A DNA stretch of 64,000 nt from an uncultured candidate division Zixibacteria bacterium (GCA_963801605.1 CAWDFP010000006.1:1504001-1568000), one strand, 5' to 3'. Positions 44,654 to 55,161 are shown, numbered from the stretch's first letter. Translations and numbers: made by a program. The notes: generated by a model not told the origin, from the sequence alone.

Positions 44654-45582
44654 TGAGAAAGAAAGTTGCGATCATTGGCGCGGGTCATGTCGGCGAGAGC
44701 ACTGCCATGTATCTGGCCGAAAAAAATATCTGCGATATCGTAATGGTTGATATCATCGAAGATATGCCCAAGGGGAAGGCCCTTGATCTGGCTCAGGCCG
44801 GTCCGATTCGCGGCTATGATGTCTCGATTCGTTGGTACCAATAATTTCGCCGATATCAAAGGCTCCGAATTAGTGGTGGTCACATCCGGGATTGCGCGCA
44901 AACCCGGCATGACACGCGAAGATCTCAGCAAAACCAACGCCGCCATTATCGACTCTGTCGCCGACGAAATTAAAAAGAATTGTCCCAAGGCCATGGTTCT
45001 CATGGTAGCCAATCCACTCGATATCATGACCTATCATTGCTGGAAGAAACTTGGTTTCGATAACAAAGTCGTATTCGGACAGGCCGGCGTTCTCGATTCC
45101 GTTCGTTTCCGCACATTTGTCGGCTGGGAACTCGGCGTTTCTCCCAATGATGTTCAGGCGATGGTTCTCGGCGGCCATGGCGATACTATGGTCCCGCTGC
45201 CTCGTTATACTACGGTCGGCGGCGTGCCAATTACCGAGCTTATTGCTCCCGATCGAATTAAAGCCCTTTCAGATCGCACCAGAAACGGCGGTGGCGAGAT
45301 TGTAAAGCTGCTCAAGAGCGGCTCTGCCTATTACGCTCCCGCGGCGGCCACCGTTGAAATGGTCGATGCCGTTATGAACGATCACAAGCGCATCATGCCT
45401 TGCTCGGCTTATCTGACAGGCCAATACGGTATCAAGGATCTCTATATTGGCGTACCTGTTGTTCTTGGCGCCAATGGCGTGGAAAAGATTATCGAACTCA
45501 AACTCGACAAAGACGGAACTTGCCGCGCTCCAGGCCTCTGCTAAGACGTATAAGGAAATGTTGTCTGATATTAGGATATTAG
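44653..45582 (+). CDS. mdh: Malate dehydrogenase, LDH-like (frameshifts near 44830 and 45520)
   Basis: [38 protein letters not shown]. Confidence 0.92.
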
Positions 45583-45639
45583 AATGTTAGCGTGCAGTCG
45601 GCAATTGCCGGACTGCCCAATAAATCAAGGAGAGATAAA

Positions 45640-47292
45640 ATGGGTAAAACCCTGGCTGAAAAAATTCTGAGCAGCCATTCGGGCGGGATGTACCGCCGGC
45701 GAGATTACGATCGCCAAAGTCGATCTCTGCCTGCTGCAGGATGGCACCGGGCCTCTGACTATCCGCCAGGTGGAGAAGTTGGGGGTAACGAAACTGGCCA
45801 ATCCTCAAACGTACGGTTTTCTTTTTGGATCACGCCTCGCCCGCGCCGCGCAAGGAGCTTTCCAACGATCACATGTTCATCCGGCAATTTGCCGCCAAAA
45901 TGGGTGCGCATCTCGTCGATGTCGGCAGAGGAATCTGCCATGTGGTCATTAATGAAAAATTTGTCAATCCCGGCGAGATCCTGATCGGCGCCGATAGCCA
46001 TACCTGCACCGGTGGCGCGCTGGCTTGTTTCGCGACCGGAATGGGTTCCACCGATGTCGGTATCGGAATGGCCTATGGTAAAACCTGGTTCCGCGTACCG
46101 GAGACATTTAAAATTTATGTGACCGGCGAATTTCCGCTGGGCGTATTCCCCAAGGATTTGATTCTGCATCTTATCGGCCTGATCGGTGCCGATGGCGCAA
46201 CCTACAAATCGTTGGAATTCTGCGGACCGACTATCGATAAGATGGATATGTCGGGACGGTTTACGCTTTCGAATATGGCGGTCGAGGCCGGCGCCAAGGT
46301 CGGACTTATTGCCTCCGATGAAACCACTCGCGCCTATCTTGAGAATATGGGTCGCGGCGATAAATATATCCCGCTTAAGGGCGACGATAACGCCGAATTT
46401 GAACGCGTGATCGAAATCGATGTTTCCAAGCTTACGCCCACGGTCAGCTTCCCGCATACCGTCGATAATACTCGCACCATCGAGGAGGCGGTCGGCACCA
46501 AAATCGATCAGGTTTTCCTCGGTACCTGTACCAATTCCCGAATTGAGGATTGGGAAGTTGTCGCCAAAATGATTAAAGGGAAAGAAAAAAGCGCGCGAAT
46601 ATCCGCTTCATCGCTGTGCCCGGTTCTGAGGATGTCTTAAAGGAAGCAATTTCCAGAGGGTACTATCAAACCTTAATCGAATTTGGCGCCGTAATGGTCA
46701 CACCCGGCTGCGGTCCTTGCGTAGGAATCCACGAGGGCGTGCCCGGTGACGGTGAAGTCCGTACTTTCGACTCAGAATCGTAATTTCCAGGGACGAATGG
46801 GCAATCCTGAATCTTCGATTTATCTGGCTTCACCGGCAACCATTGCGGCTACCGCTATCGAGGGCAAACTCGCCGATCCCGAAAATATGTCAAGGAGCTT
46901 CAGAGTATCGGACATCCGGATGTGATCGACACCGAGGCCTTGAAAGCCCTGGCTAAATCCGCTCAGAAAACAGTCGAACGCGTTGCGATGGATACCGCCG
47001 CATATCTGGGCCCGGCCGCCAAAGATGCTTCCGTGAAAGTTGAGGGCATGGCCAGGAAGGCGATTAGCGATTATGCTCCCAAAGCGCAGCAGGCCGCCAA
47101 AGAGTTTGAATCCAAACTTATCCAAACTAACTTCGGACGTTTCTAAAGCGGTAAAGGATGCCTTAAAATCCAAATCTGCCCCGAAAGCCGGGAAAAAGCT
47201 AGCCCGTAAAAAGATAACTGCCAGCACCAAAAAAAGCGCATCAACCAAAACGCCGCAAGGCCGTCAAAGCCAAGCGTGTGACGAAAAGGTAG
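45640..47292 (+). CDS. Aconitase-family [4Fe-4S] hydro-lyase large subunit (LeuC/HacA type) with apparent C-terminal helical and Lys-rich extension; several frameshifts
   Basis: [51 protein letters not shown]. Confidence 0.85.
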
Positions 47293-47302
47293 GAGGTGAA
47301 AT

Positions 47303-47802
47303 ATGCTTAAGGGAAAAGCCTGGAAATTCGGCGATGGAATTTCGACTGATCATATCGCTCCCGGACGGTATTTTCATCTTCGTTCCAATATGCCGGAATT
47401 GGCCAAACATGTTTTGGAGGATGCCGATCCTGAATTCGCCTCCAAAATGACTCCCGGCGATTTTGTTGTCGGCGGCAAGAACTTTCGGATTGGGATCATC
47501 GACGTGAGCATGCTCCGACCATCATCAAAATGGCTGGGGTATCGGCCGTACTGGCGAAATCGTTTGCGCGGATTTTCTTCCGTAATGCGGTCAATGTTGG
47601 CTTGCCGGTTCTCATCTGCGATACGGATAAAATCAACGCCGGCGATCAGCTCGAGGTTAATCTTGAATCCGGCGAGATTCACGATCTCACCAACGGCCAG
47701 AAACTTGATTTCAAACCGTTGCCAAAATCGATGATCAGAATTTTGAACGATGGCGGCCTGATCGCCCATTTACAAAAACACGGCGATTTTAAGCTGGATT
47801 GA
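47303..47802 (+). CDS. Aconitase-family hydro-lyase small subunit (LeuD/HacB type; frameshift near 47490)
   Basis: GKAWKFGD.ISTD.I.PGRY, SFARIFFRNA.N.GLP, GGL. Confidence 0.88.
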
Positions 47803-47812
47803 TTAGTTATTT

Positions 47813-47923
47813 CGTAACCGGGGGACCACTATGGTCCCCGGTCATTTAGGCTGTCACCTTTGTAGGTCAAAACCCCTTGGCGGTTTTGACAAACCTGTGT
47901 GGGTCGGATTCCGAAAATTCGAC
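47813..47923. repeat. REP-like hairpins
   Basis: CCGGGGACCA..TGGTCCCCGG; GTAGGTCAAAACC..GGTTTTGAC 47862-47890. Confidence 0.7.
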
Positions 47924-47955
47924 AAAAAACTAAAACCAAATACTTGCAAACAACT

Positions 47956-48147
47956 ATGTTCAAAAATTTTTCACGAATTCTCTGGGGCCTGGTTTTTATC
48001 GCTATAGGCATTGCCTTGCTGATGGATCGATTCGGATATATCGTATTTGATCTGGGCAACTTCCTGCATAACTGGTGGCCCTTGATCCTGGTCATTATCG
48101 GCTTGGGAATGATACTCGATAAAGCGCCTGAAAAACGGACGAAGTAA
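47956..48147 (+). CDS. Small membrane protein, LiaI/LiaF-like TM (DUF5668-like)
   Basis: ILWGLVFIAIGIALL..WWPLILVIIGL. Confidence 0.7.
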   Translation: MFKNFSRILWGLVFIAIGIALLMDRFGYIVFDLGNFLHNWWPLILVIIGLGMILDKAPEKRTK

Positions 48148-48149
48148 TC

Positions 48150-48732
48150 ATGCCTGTTGGCCGGGATTATCGATTTGGCGGCAGACTCCTTGCCGGGATT
48201 ATCATCATCTTTCTCGGCTTGCTTTTTCTTCTGGGCAATATCTATCCCGAATTCGATGCCGCGCGCTACCTTGGAAAACTCTGGCCGCTTATCATAATCG
48301 TTATCGGACTTTATCTGATTTTCCACCAGGCGCGCCGACAGACATCATATTTTTATAGGGGGATCATCAGGCCGCAACCGGGTTGTCGGTGATATCGATC
48401 TTGATTATTCTAATAAAGAAATCGGTAATGCCGATGCTTCCCAGATCGTGGGTGATCTTAAAATCAATTATTCCGGCGGCCATCTCAAACCTGGCATAAA
48501 TCATTTTACCATCTCCATGATTGTCGGAGATACTCTCCTGATAGTCCCGGCGGCGTTTCCCTTGAGAATTTCCGCCAGAACTATACTTGGAGATATTCAA
48601 ATCGATGGTCAACGCCAGGAGGGCTTTCTGCCCCGATTGGAACACCTGGATAGCAATTACCAAACCGCCGAGAGCAAACTATTTATCACCATAAATAGTA
48701 TCATCGGCGATATGACCGTCAGGAGATCATGA
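48150..48732 (+). CDS. LiaF-like cell-envelope stress protein (TM plus DUF2154-like C-terminus; frameshift near 48370)
   Basis: LWPLIIIVIGL then repeated '[IV][VL]GD' beta motifs. Confidence 0.7.
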
Positions 48733-48739
48733 ATTCGGT

Positions 48740-48778
48740 GTAGGTCGGGTTCCGAGTCCCTTGGACGAGAAACCCGAC
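48740..48778 (+). repeat. GTAG REP-like element
   Basis: GTAGGTCGGGTTCCGAGTCCCTTGGACGAGAAACCCGAC. Confidence 0.85.
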
Positions 48779-48834
48779 AATGAAACTTGAATATAATCGA
48801 TAATTAACACAACTCGCATCACATTGGAGGAGAA

Positions 48835-50078
48835 TTGAAATTCAAAAAACTTGAAATCCCTGCGGAGGGTACGCCAATAAAAATCGTCGGTAATAAAATT
48901 AAGGTACCTGACGATCCCATCATTCCTGTTATCGAGGGCGATGGCATCGGCCCCGATATCATGCGCGCCACCCGACGAGTGGTGGATTCTGCGGTGGAGA
49001 AAATGCTATGGCGGCAAAAAACGTATCGTTTGGTTTGATATCTATGCCGGTGATGCCGCTAACGAACGCTATGGCGAATACCTGCCAAAAGACACTCTCG
49101 ATGCTATCAAAACTTATATCGTGGCTCTCAAAGGCCCGTTGACTACTCCAATCGGAGGCGGCTTTCGTTCCCTTAACGTCACCCTGCGACAGGTGCTTGA
49201 TCTCTATGCTTGCGTCCGGCCGGTTCGCTACTTCACTGGCGTTCCTGCGCCGGTAACTCATCCCGAACGAATGAATGTCGTCATCTTCAGGGAAAATACT
49301 GAGGACGTTTACGCCGGTATTGAATGGCGCAAGGGAACTAAGGAAGCCCGAAAAATAATCAGCTTCATTAAAAGTGAGATGGGGATTAAGATTCGCACCG
49401 ATTCAGGCATCGGCATCAAACCAATGTCGGACTTCGGCACCAAACGTCTGGTGCGCAAAGCCATTAACTATGCTCTGGAAAATAACCGCAAATCGGTGAC
49501 CCTGGTACACAAGGGTAATATCATGAAATATACCGAGGGCGCTTTCCGCGACTGGGGTTATGAATTGGCTAAAGAGGAGTTCGCTAAGAAAACCATCACC
49601 GAAACCGAGCTTGACTGAAAAATATAATGGCGAAATTCCGGCAGGTCGCATCGTAATCAAGGATCGTATCGCCGATTCCATGTTCCAACAGATTCTCACC
49701 CGCACCGATGAGTACGAAGTTCTGGCCACTCCCAATCTAAACGGCGATTATCTTTCTGACGCTTGTGCCGCTCAGGTTGGCGGTCTCGGAATGGCTCCGG
49801 GCGCCAATATCGGCGATTTTATAGGGTTGTTCGAGGCTACTCACGGCACCGCGCCCAAGTATGCCAACAAAGATATGATTAATCCTGGTTCGTTGCTGCT
49901 TTCGGCGGTTTTGATGCTTGAATATCTTGGCTGGAACGAGGCTGGCCATGCTATTGAAAATGCGATTGAAAAAACGATCATGCAAAAAACCGTAACCTAC
50001 GATCTCGAACGTCAAATGGCCGGAGCCACCAAGGTTTCAACCTCGCAATTTGGAACCCACATCATCGCAAATTTATAG
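48835..50078 (+). CDS. icd: NADP-dependent isocitrate dehydrogenase (frameshifts near 49000 and 49610)
   Basis: [55 protein letters not shown]. Confidence 0.95.
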
Positions 50079-50108
50079 AAAAGTTATAAAATTGAATTCC
50101 GTTTTTCG

Positions 50109-50136
50109 CCGGGGACGACTTCGCTCCCCGGTTTTT
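50109..50136 (+). terminator. Intrinsic terminator after icd
   Basis: CCGGGGA..TCCCCGG followed by TTTTT. Confidence 0.78.
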
Positions 50137-50152
50137 ATATGGGTTGTAAGCC

Positions 50153-50297
50153 CATTGCGAGGTCGCTTCGACCGTGGCAAACTAAGTCTATTGTAGGTCA
50201 AGACTGAGCTTTACCCGATAAATTGGGTGTCATAATTTATTATGACCCCAATTTGTTTGTGGTGTCGGGTCCCCGAACCCGACACATACAGCGGTCA
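50153..50297. repeat. REP-like cluster including ~74-bp composite unit (50224-50297)
   Basis: TGGGTGTCATAATTTATTATGACCCCAA plus GTGTCGGGTCCCCGAACCCGACAC, repeated at 51029-51101. Confidence 0.8.
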
Positions 50298-50759
50298 ACT
50301 ATCCTTTTTTGATTCTAAATGCGATAGAATCCTCAGCATCAGCTCATTCTGATTTTCGAGGTGCAGCAGGATCGCCTCGATTTCTCGTTCTGCTTTCACG
50401 TTTACCTCAAAATCGGTCTCGGCCCGGATTTCCGCGTGACGTCCCTGTAAATTCTGGCCAATCATTATCAGCGGCATCAGGAAAATCTGTAACATATTGG
50501 ATATAAACAGCCAGAGTACAAACGCCGGGAACGGGTCGAATCGCAGCCCTTGAGGCGCTAACGTGTTCCAGCCCAGCCAGAGTGCGGTCCAGGCGAAAAT
50601 CACAAAGAAAAATCCCATTGTGCCGATATGCTCGGTGACGACCAGCGAGAATTTCTCAAGTCTGGTGAGAGTCTCCTGATGCGCGATATTGGCGTTCTTT
50701 ATGGGCGTACGCAGTTTGATTAGTTCCGCATGTGACAGCCTCTGCGGTTTGGTATCCAT
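50295..50759 (-). CDS. DUF1003-family membrane protein
   Basis: FDPFP..PLIMIGQN.Q..DFEVN.KAE; GGAGGAG SD before the ATG at 50759. Confidence 0.85.
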   Translation of the reverse strand: MDTKPQRLSHAELIKLRTPIKNANIAHQETLTRLEKFSLVVTEHIGTMGFFFVIFAWTALWLGWNTLAPQGLRFDPFPAFVLWLFISNMLQIFLMPLIMIGQNLQGRHAEIRAETDFEVNVKAEREIEAILLHLENQNELMLRILSHLESKKDS

Positions 50760-50909
50760 TTCTCCTCCAGCGATTAGGCGGCAATCCAAGCAAGCGTTAT
50801 CAATCATTTCAGATATTGTGATTCATTACTTAAGATATAGATTGCCATATTGCAACCGCTTTTTGACAGGCCGCCGCACCCGCCCTACCCGTGGACACTC
50901 CGTGTGCCG

Positions 50910-51124
50910 TTGTTCGTGGTGACGGGTCCCCGAACCCGACACATACAGCAGTAGGTCAGGTGCCCCGGCACCTGACAAACAGGTAAAAAGAGTCAGGTCG
51001 CAGGCGACCTGACCTACGTAGGCTAAACTGGGTGTCATAATTTATTATGACCCCAATTGTTCGTGCTGTCGGGTCTCCGTACCCGACACCTATAGTGGTC
51101 AGGTTCGGGGACCTAACCGCACAG
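50910..51124. repeat. Dense REP-like cluster (inverted doublets)
   Basis: GTAGGTCAGG..CCTGAC 50951-50976 facing GTCAGG..CCTGACCTAC 50992-51017; composite unit 51029-51101; GGTCAGGTTCGGGGACCTAACCGCACAG 51097-51124. Confidence 0.82.
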
Positions 51125-51140
51125 AATTAAGTTTATTTAA

Positions 51141-53218
51141 TTATTTCTGCTTAGTAAAGAGCGCCTTTAGAGGCTGGACTAGGATTAATCTTTCCTTTTC
51201 GTTCGTTATGAAACGAAATAATATAGATACTCCAATAAATATGGCCGTAAAATATTCCCAGAAATTTGCGGCTTTCTGAAGCAAATTACTTCCTTCAGCA
51301 TAAATATTTGTAATATACAGCATTAATAATTCTATAATAATTAATAATGTAATAGAAAATGCCAATTTATTTTGGCCTGAACGTTTAGAATCTTCGTATT
51401 CTTGCTTTGTTTCCAAATCCTTTAACTTTTGATTAAGATGATCGATTTCAGATCCCTTAATATTAATTTGTTCTTGTAACTTGTTCTCTCGTGATGAAAA
51501 TTCTACCGCTGCTTCTCCTAGGAGCTTTTCATAATAGGCCCTAATTTCTGATTTTTCGCCTTCTAACTTTAATATATCTTGCTTATACTGCCTATCAGAA
51601 CTTGCAAAAAACTTAGAAACTTCATACATGAGTTTTTCTCGATCCCTTGGATCGTGGGGATTCAACTTAGGCGCTTTCGTTTTAATATATTTTATACATT
51701 GCTCTACATCCTTTGCGGGCAAATTTTTACAGGTCATATGCATATCGTGAAAGATTTCAAAATCCTCCAGCACAAAAAATCTATCTTGGGGTAACAATTT
51801 AAATTTTAGTAATTCCGAAAATATTGCCGATACTTCGCAGTCGTCTTCGTCCGGTAGGAAGAGCGGAGATACCCATTGAATGAAGGTATCAAGGCTCAGC
51901 GCAGGAGAAGTTTCTAATGAGTTGATTAAAACTCCTGTTAAAGAAGTATCTGCCGTTATTACCCAAGCATTGCCCTTGATACTCTTTTTAAATTTAGCTG
52001 CCCAAAGCAATAGTTTGGAATCATGAATTGCACTTCCGCTCCTTTTTGGGAAATTTCCCTAATTGGAAATTTCGATGCTGCAAGACTGCCGCGAACTTTT
52101 TTATTTCATTAGATTTATCAGCATCTATAAACCATTTGTCATCATCCAACTCAATTGCACAGCCATTTTTAAGAATTTCCATTGGGTTTTCAAAATTTTT
52201 AAATAAATCTTCAATTTCAGGTTGTTCACCTTTTTCGATTTTCGATAAATAAATTTCGTAAAAAAGGGATCTTATTTCTTTTGATAATTCTTTGGGTATT
52301 TGATCTAAAGCATTAATTAAAAGAGTCCGCTGATGTTGTATCCATCCCCTTAGTTCATCCAATGAAATTTGGCATATTTTTATTTTAATTCCTAACTGCT
52401 TGCAGGCTTTAGCAAAAAGGCAATAACTATAATAATTCCGGTGGGTAGGTTCTAGTGCAGAAATTATAATATTTGTATCTAGATATAATGTTGATTTCTG
52501 GAATATTTCTTTAGAAATTAAATCGGTAGCTGAATCCATGCCAATTATTTTTGATACGAAATAATTTTGCGCGATTCTCCATTTTAATTCGTCATATGCC
52601 GGATCTACGGTTTCAAAAAATAGCAAAACTGCTTTTTCCAATATTTTAATGTCTATCAATTCATATTTAACTTTAACCTTTTCCAAGGCAGATTGGATCA
52701 AGGCCATTCCCACTAATTGATTTTTATTTATTTCTCCTGTAATTAGGTACGCACTATCTTCTCCTAATTTACTAAAAATATGGCAGATACTTAAAAGAAA
52801 TGGTTCATTATATGAATAATGATTTTCTACTGACTCTCCAAATAATCGTTTAACCACCCCATTCAAGTGGGTTTCTGCTTGATGCTCTATTGCTGTAATT
52901 TGGGTCCTTCTCTGTTCTGTCAATCGATATGCTTTGTTCCCATTAAGCGACTGGGGCGCTATGCAATTCTTGGCGACAAGTCTGTCAACTACCAGCTTAA
53001 TGGTCATTTGATCGATGTGATATCCTCCGGTTTGTTTCGCGAATTCCTTTTTGCATTTCAACAATATCAATCGGATTTGGATTAGCTAAAGCAAAAAGGA
53101 TATGTTCTATAGCTCTTTCTAAAGCAGTTTCCTTGATAGCTTGCGTTTCGGGAGAAAATCTGAATTTGGTTGATAAAAGCATTGCCTTTGTTTTGTCATT
53201 TTCAGATGAAGGGGGCAT
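51141..53218 (-). CDS. ~690-aa PIN-domain protein with putative N-terminal winged helix, coiled coil and two C-terminal TM helices (two poly-A frameshifts near 53060 and 52045)
   Basis: Removing one A from each of two A-runs joins three ORFs; PIN motifs LYLDTNII, E, AIHD, WVITAD; hydrophobic C-terminus; AT-rich. Confidence 0.75.
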
Positions 53219-53316
53219 TTAAACCTCAAATAAAAATTAATTTTATTTACAAATAAACACAAATTTATTCTTAAGCAAGATGCGATAAAAGAAATAATCC
53301 CCCCATTATGCCATAT

Positions 53317-53345
53317 ATTATTGGATAATTGAAAAGTCGTGTCAA
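53317..53345 (-). promoter_or_regulatory. Probable sigma70 promoter of the PIN gene
   Basis: Minus strand TTGACA-17 nt-AATAAT; GAGG SD before the ATG. Confidence 0.5.
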
Positions 53346-53426
53346 GCAATTTCTTTGCTTATAATAATCATTATGGCGCAAAAATAATACCCTTCGCCAA
53401 GAAAACAAGTACTGAATAAACCGGCA

Positions 53427-53456
53427 GCGGTCAGGTTCGGAGACCTGACCGCACAG
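53427..53456. repeat. REP-like element, direct repeat of 51097-51124
   Basis: GGTCAGGTTCGGAGACCTGACCGCACAG, 26/28 identical. Confidence 0.8.
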
Positions 53457-53600
53457 TTAGGCATAGGATACATGATTATCTCGGTCCAATGGACTTCGGA
53501 AAGAATGCCACCCCATGCAATAGGGGCGAGGGATTCGAACCCCCTCGCCTTCCCACAAACCCCTTGACTTACCCGCCCCAAATCTTTATCTATCCACGTT

Positions 53601-54194
53601 ATGGAGGATAATCTCGCCCCCCGGATTGCGGCCATTATAGGCTTGGGTAACCCGGGACGAGATTACGAGAAGACCCGGCATAACCTCGGTTTCGAGGTGG
53701 TCGATCTTCTGGCGGGCAACGCGCCATTCGTTGCCGGTAAAGGCAGTTACTACATCTGCCAGACAACCGTGGCCTCCATGGAAATCGTTCTTTTAAAACC
53801 GACCACGTACATGAATCGCTCCGGGTTGGCTGTCGCATCTTTCGCCGAAACGCTCGGCCTGACACCATCGCAGATACTGGTTATCGCCGATGATTTCAAT
53901 CTCCCCTTTGGGCAGATCAGGCTTCGCAAAGACGGCACCGATGGCGGCCACAAGGGTTTGGCCTCGATCATCTACTACTTAGCCTCCACCGATTTCCCGC
54001 GTATAAGATTGGGAGTCGGCCCGGTGCCGGAGGATACGCCGGCAGTGGATTTTGTCCTGGAGCGCTTCTCCGATAGCGACCGTCCCACCGCCGATGAGAT
54101 GATCAAACGATCAGCGGAGGCGAGCCTTACGTGGTTAAAAGAAGGCTATGATGTTGCCGCGGCCCGCTTCAATCGGGCCATAGAAGAAAACTAA
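53601..54194 (+). CDS. pth: Peptidyl-tRNA hydrolase
   Basis: GLGNPG..Y..TRHNLGF, KPTTYMN.SG, GGHKGL.SI. Confidence 0.96.
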   Translation: MEDNLAPRIAAIIGLGNPGRDYEKTRHNLGFEVVDLLAGNAPFVAGKGSYYICQTTVASMEIVLLKPTTYMNRSGLAVASFAETLGLTPSQILVIADDFNLPFGQIRLRKDGTDGGHKGLASIIYYLASTDFPRIRLGVGPVPEDTPAVDFVLERFSDSDRPTADEMIKRSAEASLTWLKEGYDVAAARFNRAIEEN

Positions 54195-54212
54195 AGATGC
54201 GCAAGCAGCGCG

Positions 54213-54281
54213 TCTCCCTACTCCGTCGCAATTAGAGTTAACGCGAACGGGGTCGAGTTTAACAGTCCAGAGGGAGGTTTC
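54213..54281 (+). promoter_or_regulatory. Structured rpsF leader, candidate S6:S18 autoregulatory RNA
   Basis: CTCCCT (54214-54219) can pair with the SD AGGGAG (54271-54276), enclosing a CTCCGTCGC/GCGAACGGGG stem. Confidence 0.55.
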
Positions 54282-54644
54282 ATGAGGCTCTACGAGCTTA
54301 CTGTAATCATCAATCCTACGCTCGACGATACCACCGTCCAAAGCGAAATCGACAAAATCGAAAAACAGATAACCGGCGGCGGCGGACAGATCGAAAAGAT
54401 CGACCGCTGGGGCATGCGGCGTTTCACCTACCGCATCCAGGGCCACCATCAGGGCCTCTATGTCCTGTTTATCTACAAGGCTAATTCCAGCCTTAATCTG
54501 GAGATTGAGCGCGCTATCAGACTCAATGAGAATATCCTGAGATATCTAACCATCCTGTCGCCGGGGATCGCCCCGCCCAAGCCGATTAAGGTAGTCGATG
54601 ATGATGATGGGCGTTTTGAGGATTTTCCGCGTGATCGTGAGTAA
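54282..54644 (+). CDS. rpsF: 30S ribosomal protein S6
   Basis: MRLYELTVIINP, WGMRRFTY.I, ILRYL. Confidence 0.95.
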   Translation: MRLYELTVIINPTLDDTTVQSEIDKIEKQITGGGGQIEKIDRWGMRRFTYRIQGHHQGLYVLFIYKANSSLNLEIERAIRLNENILRYLTILSPGIAPPKPIKVVDDDDGRFEDFPRDRE

Positions 54645-54674
54645 GATTCCTCAATATTAAACGTGAGAGGGATT

Positions 54675-55088
54675 ATGACGTTGACGAGATTGCCGAATTT
54701 AAATCGCGTGATGATCGTGGGTAATCTGACCAAAGACCCGGAGCTCAGGTCCACCACCACCGGTGTGCCCGTAGTCAATTTCCGGATTGCATCCAATCGC
54801 CGTTTCAAGGATAACTCCGGGGAATGGAAAGAGGATGTGTGTTATGTCGGAGTAGTCGCCTGGCAAAAGCTGGCCGAATCCTGCTCCACCAGGCTCAAGA
54901 AGGGAAGCGCCGTCTATGTCGAGGGCGAACTGCGCTCGCGCACCATGGATCACGACGATGGTTCCCGTCACAGCTTGGTTGAAATTCGCGCTCATCACAT
55001 TCAGTTTCTGGATAAATCCGAGCGCTTCGATGAGATTAAAGGTTTCGAGGACGGCGATGAGCTGCTCGAAGCCAATGGGTTGGACTAA
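54675..55088 (+). CDS. ssb: Single-stranded DNA-binding protein (short)
   Basis: LNRVMIVGNLTKDPELR, W..LAE, KGS.VYVEG.L; between rpsF and rpsR. Confidence 0.92.
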   Translation: MTLTRLPNLNRVMIVGNLTKDPELRSTTTGVPVVNFRIASNRRFKDNSGEWKEDVCYVGVVAWQKLAESCSTRLKKGSAVYVEGELRSRTMDHDDGSRHSLVEIRAHHIQFLDKSERFDEIKGFEDGDELLEANGLD

Positions 55089-55122
55089 AGAGTTGCGAGT
55101 TACGAGTTATTAAAGCGCAACT

Positions 55123-55161
55123 GTAGGTCGGGTTCCGAGTCCCCGGGACGAGAAACCCGAC
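55123..55161 (+). repeat. GTAG REP-like element
   Basis: GTAGGTCGGGTTCCGAGTCCCCGGGACGAGAAACCCGAC. Confidence 0.85.

Noticed and set aside
51111..53462. Integron attC core motifs (ACCTAAC at 51111, GTTAGGC at 53456)
   Set aside because: They are 2.3 kb apart and in the wrong order for a cassette; no integrase in the window; both overlap REP hairpins.
53521..53582. tRNA-like T-arm (GGTTCGAATCCC on the minus strand) near the AT-rich gene
   Set aside because: Only ~60 nt between potential acceptor strands, with no D or anticodon arm; explained as a TAGGGGCGAGG..CCTCGCC REP-type palindrome.
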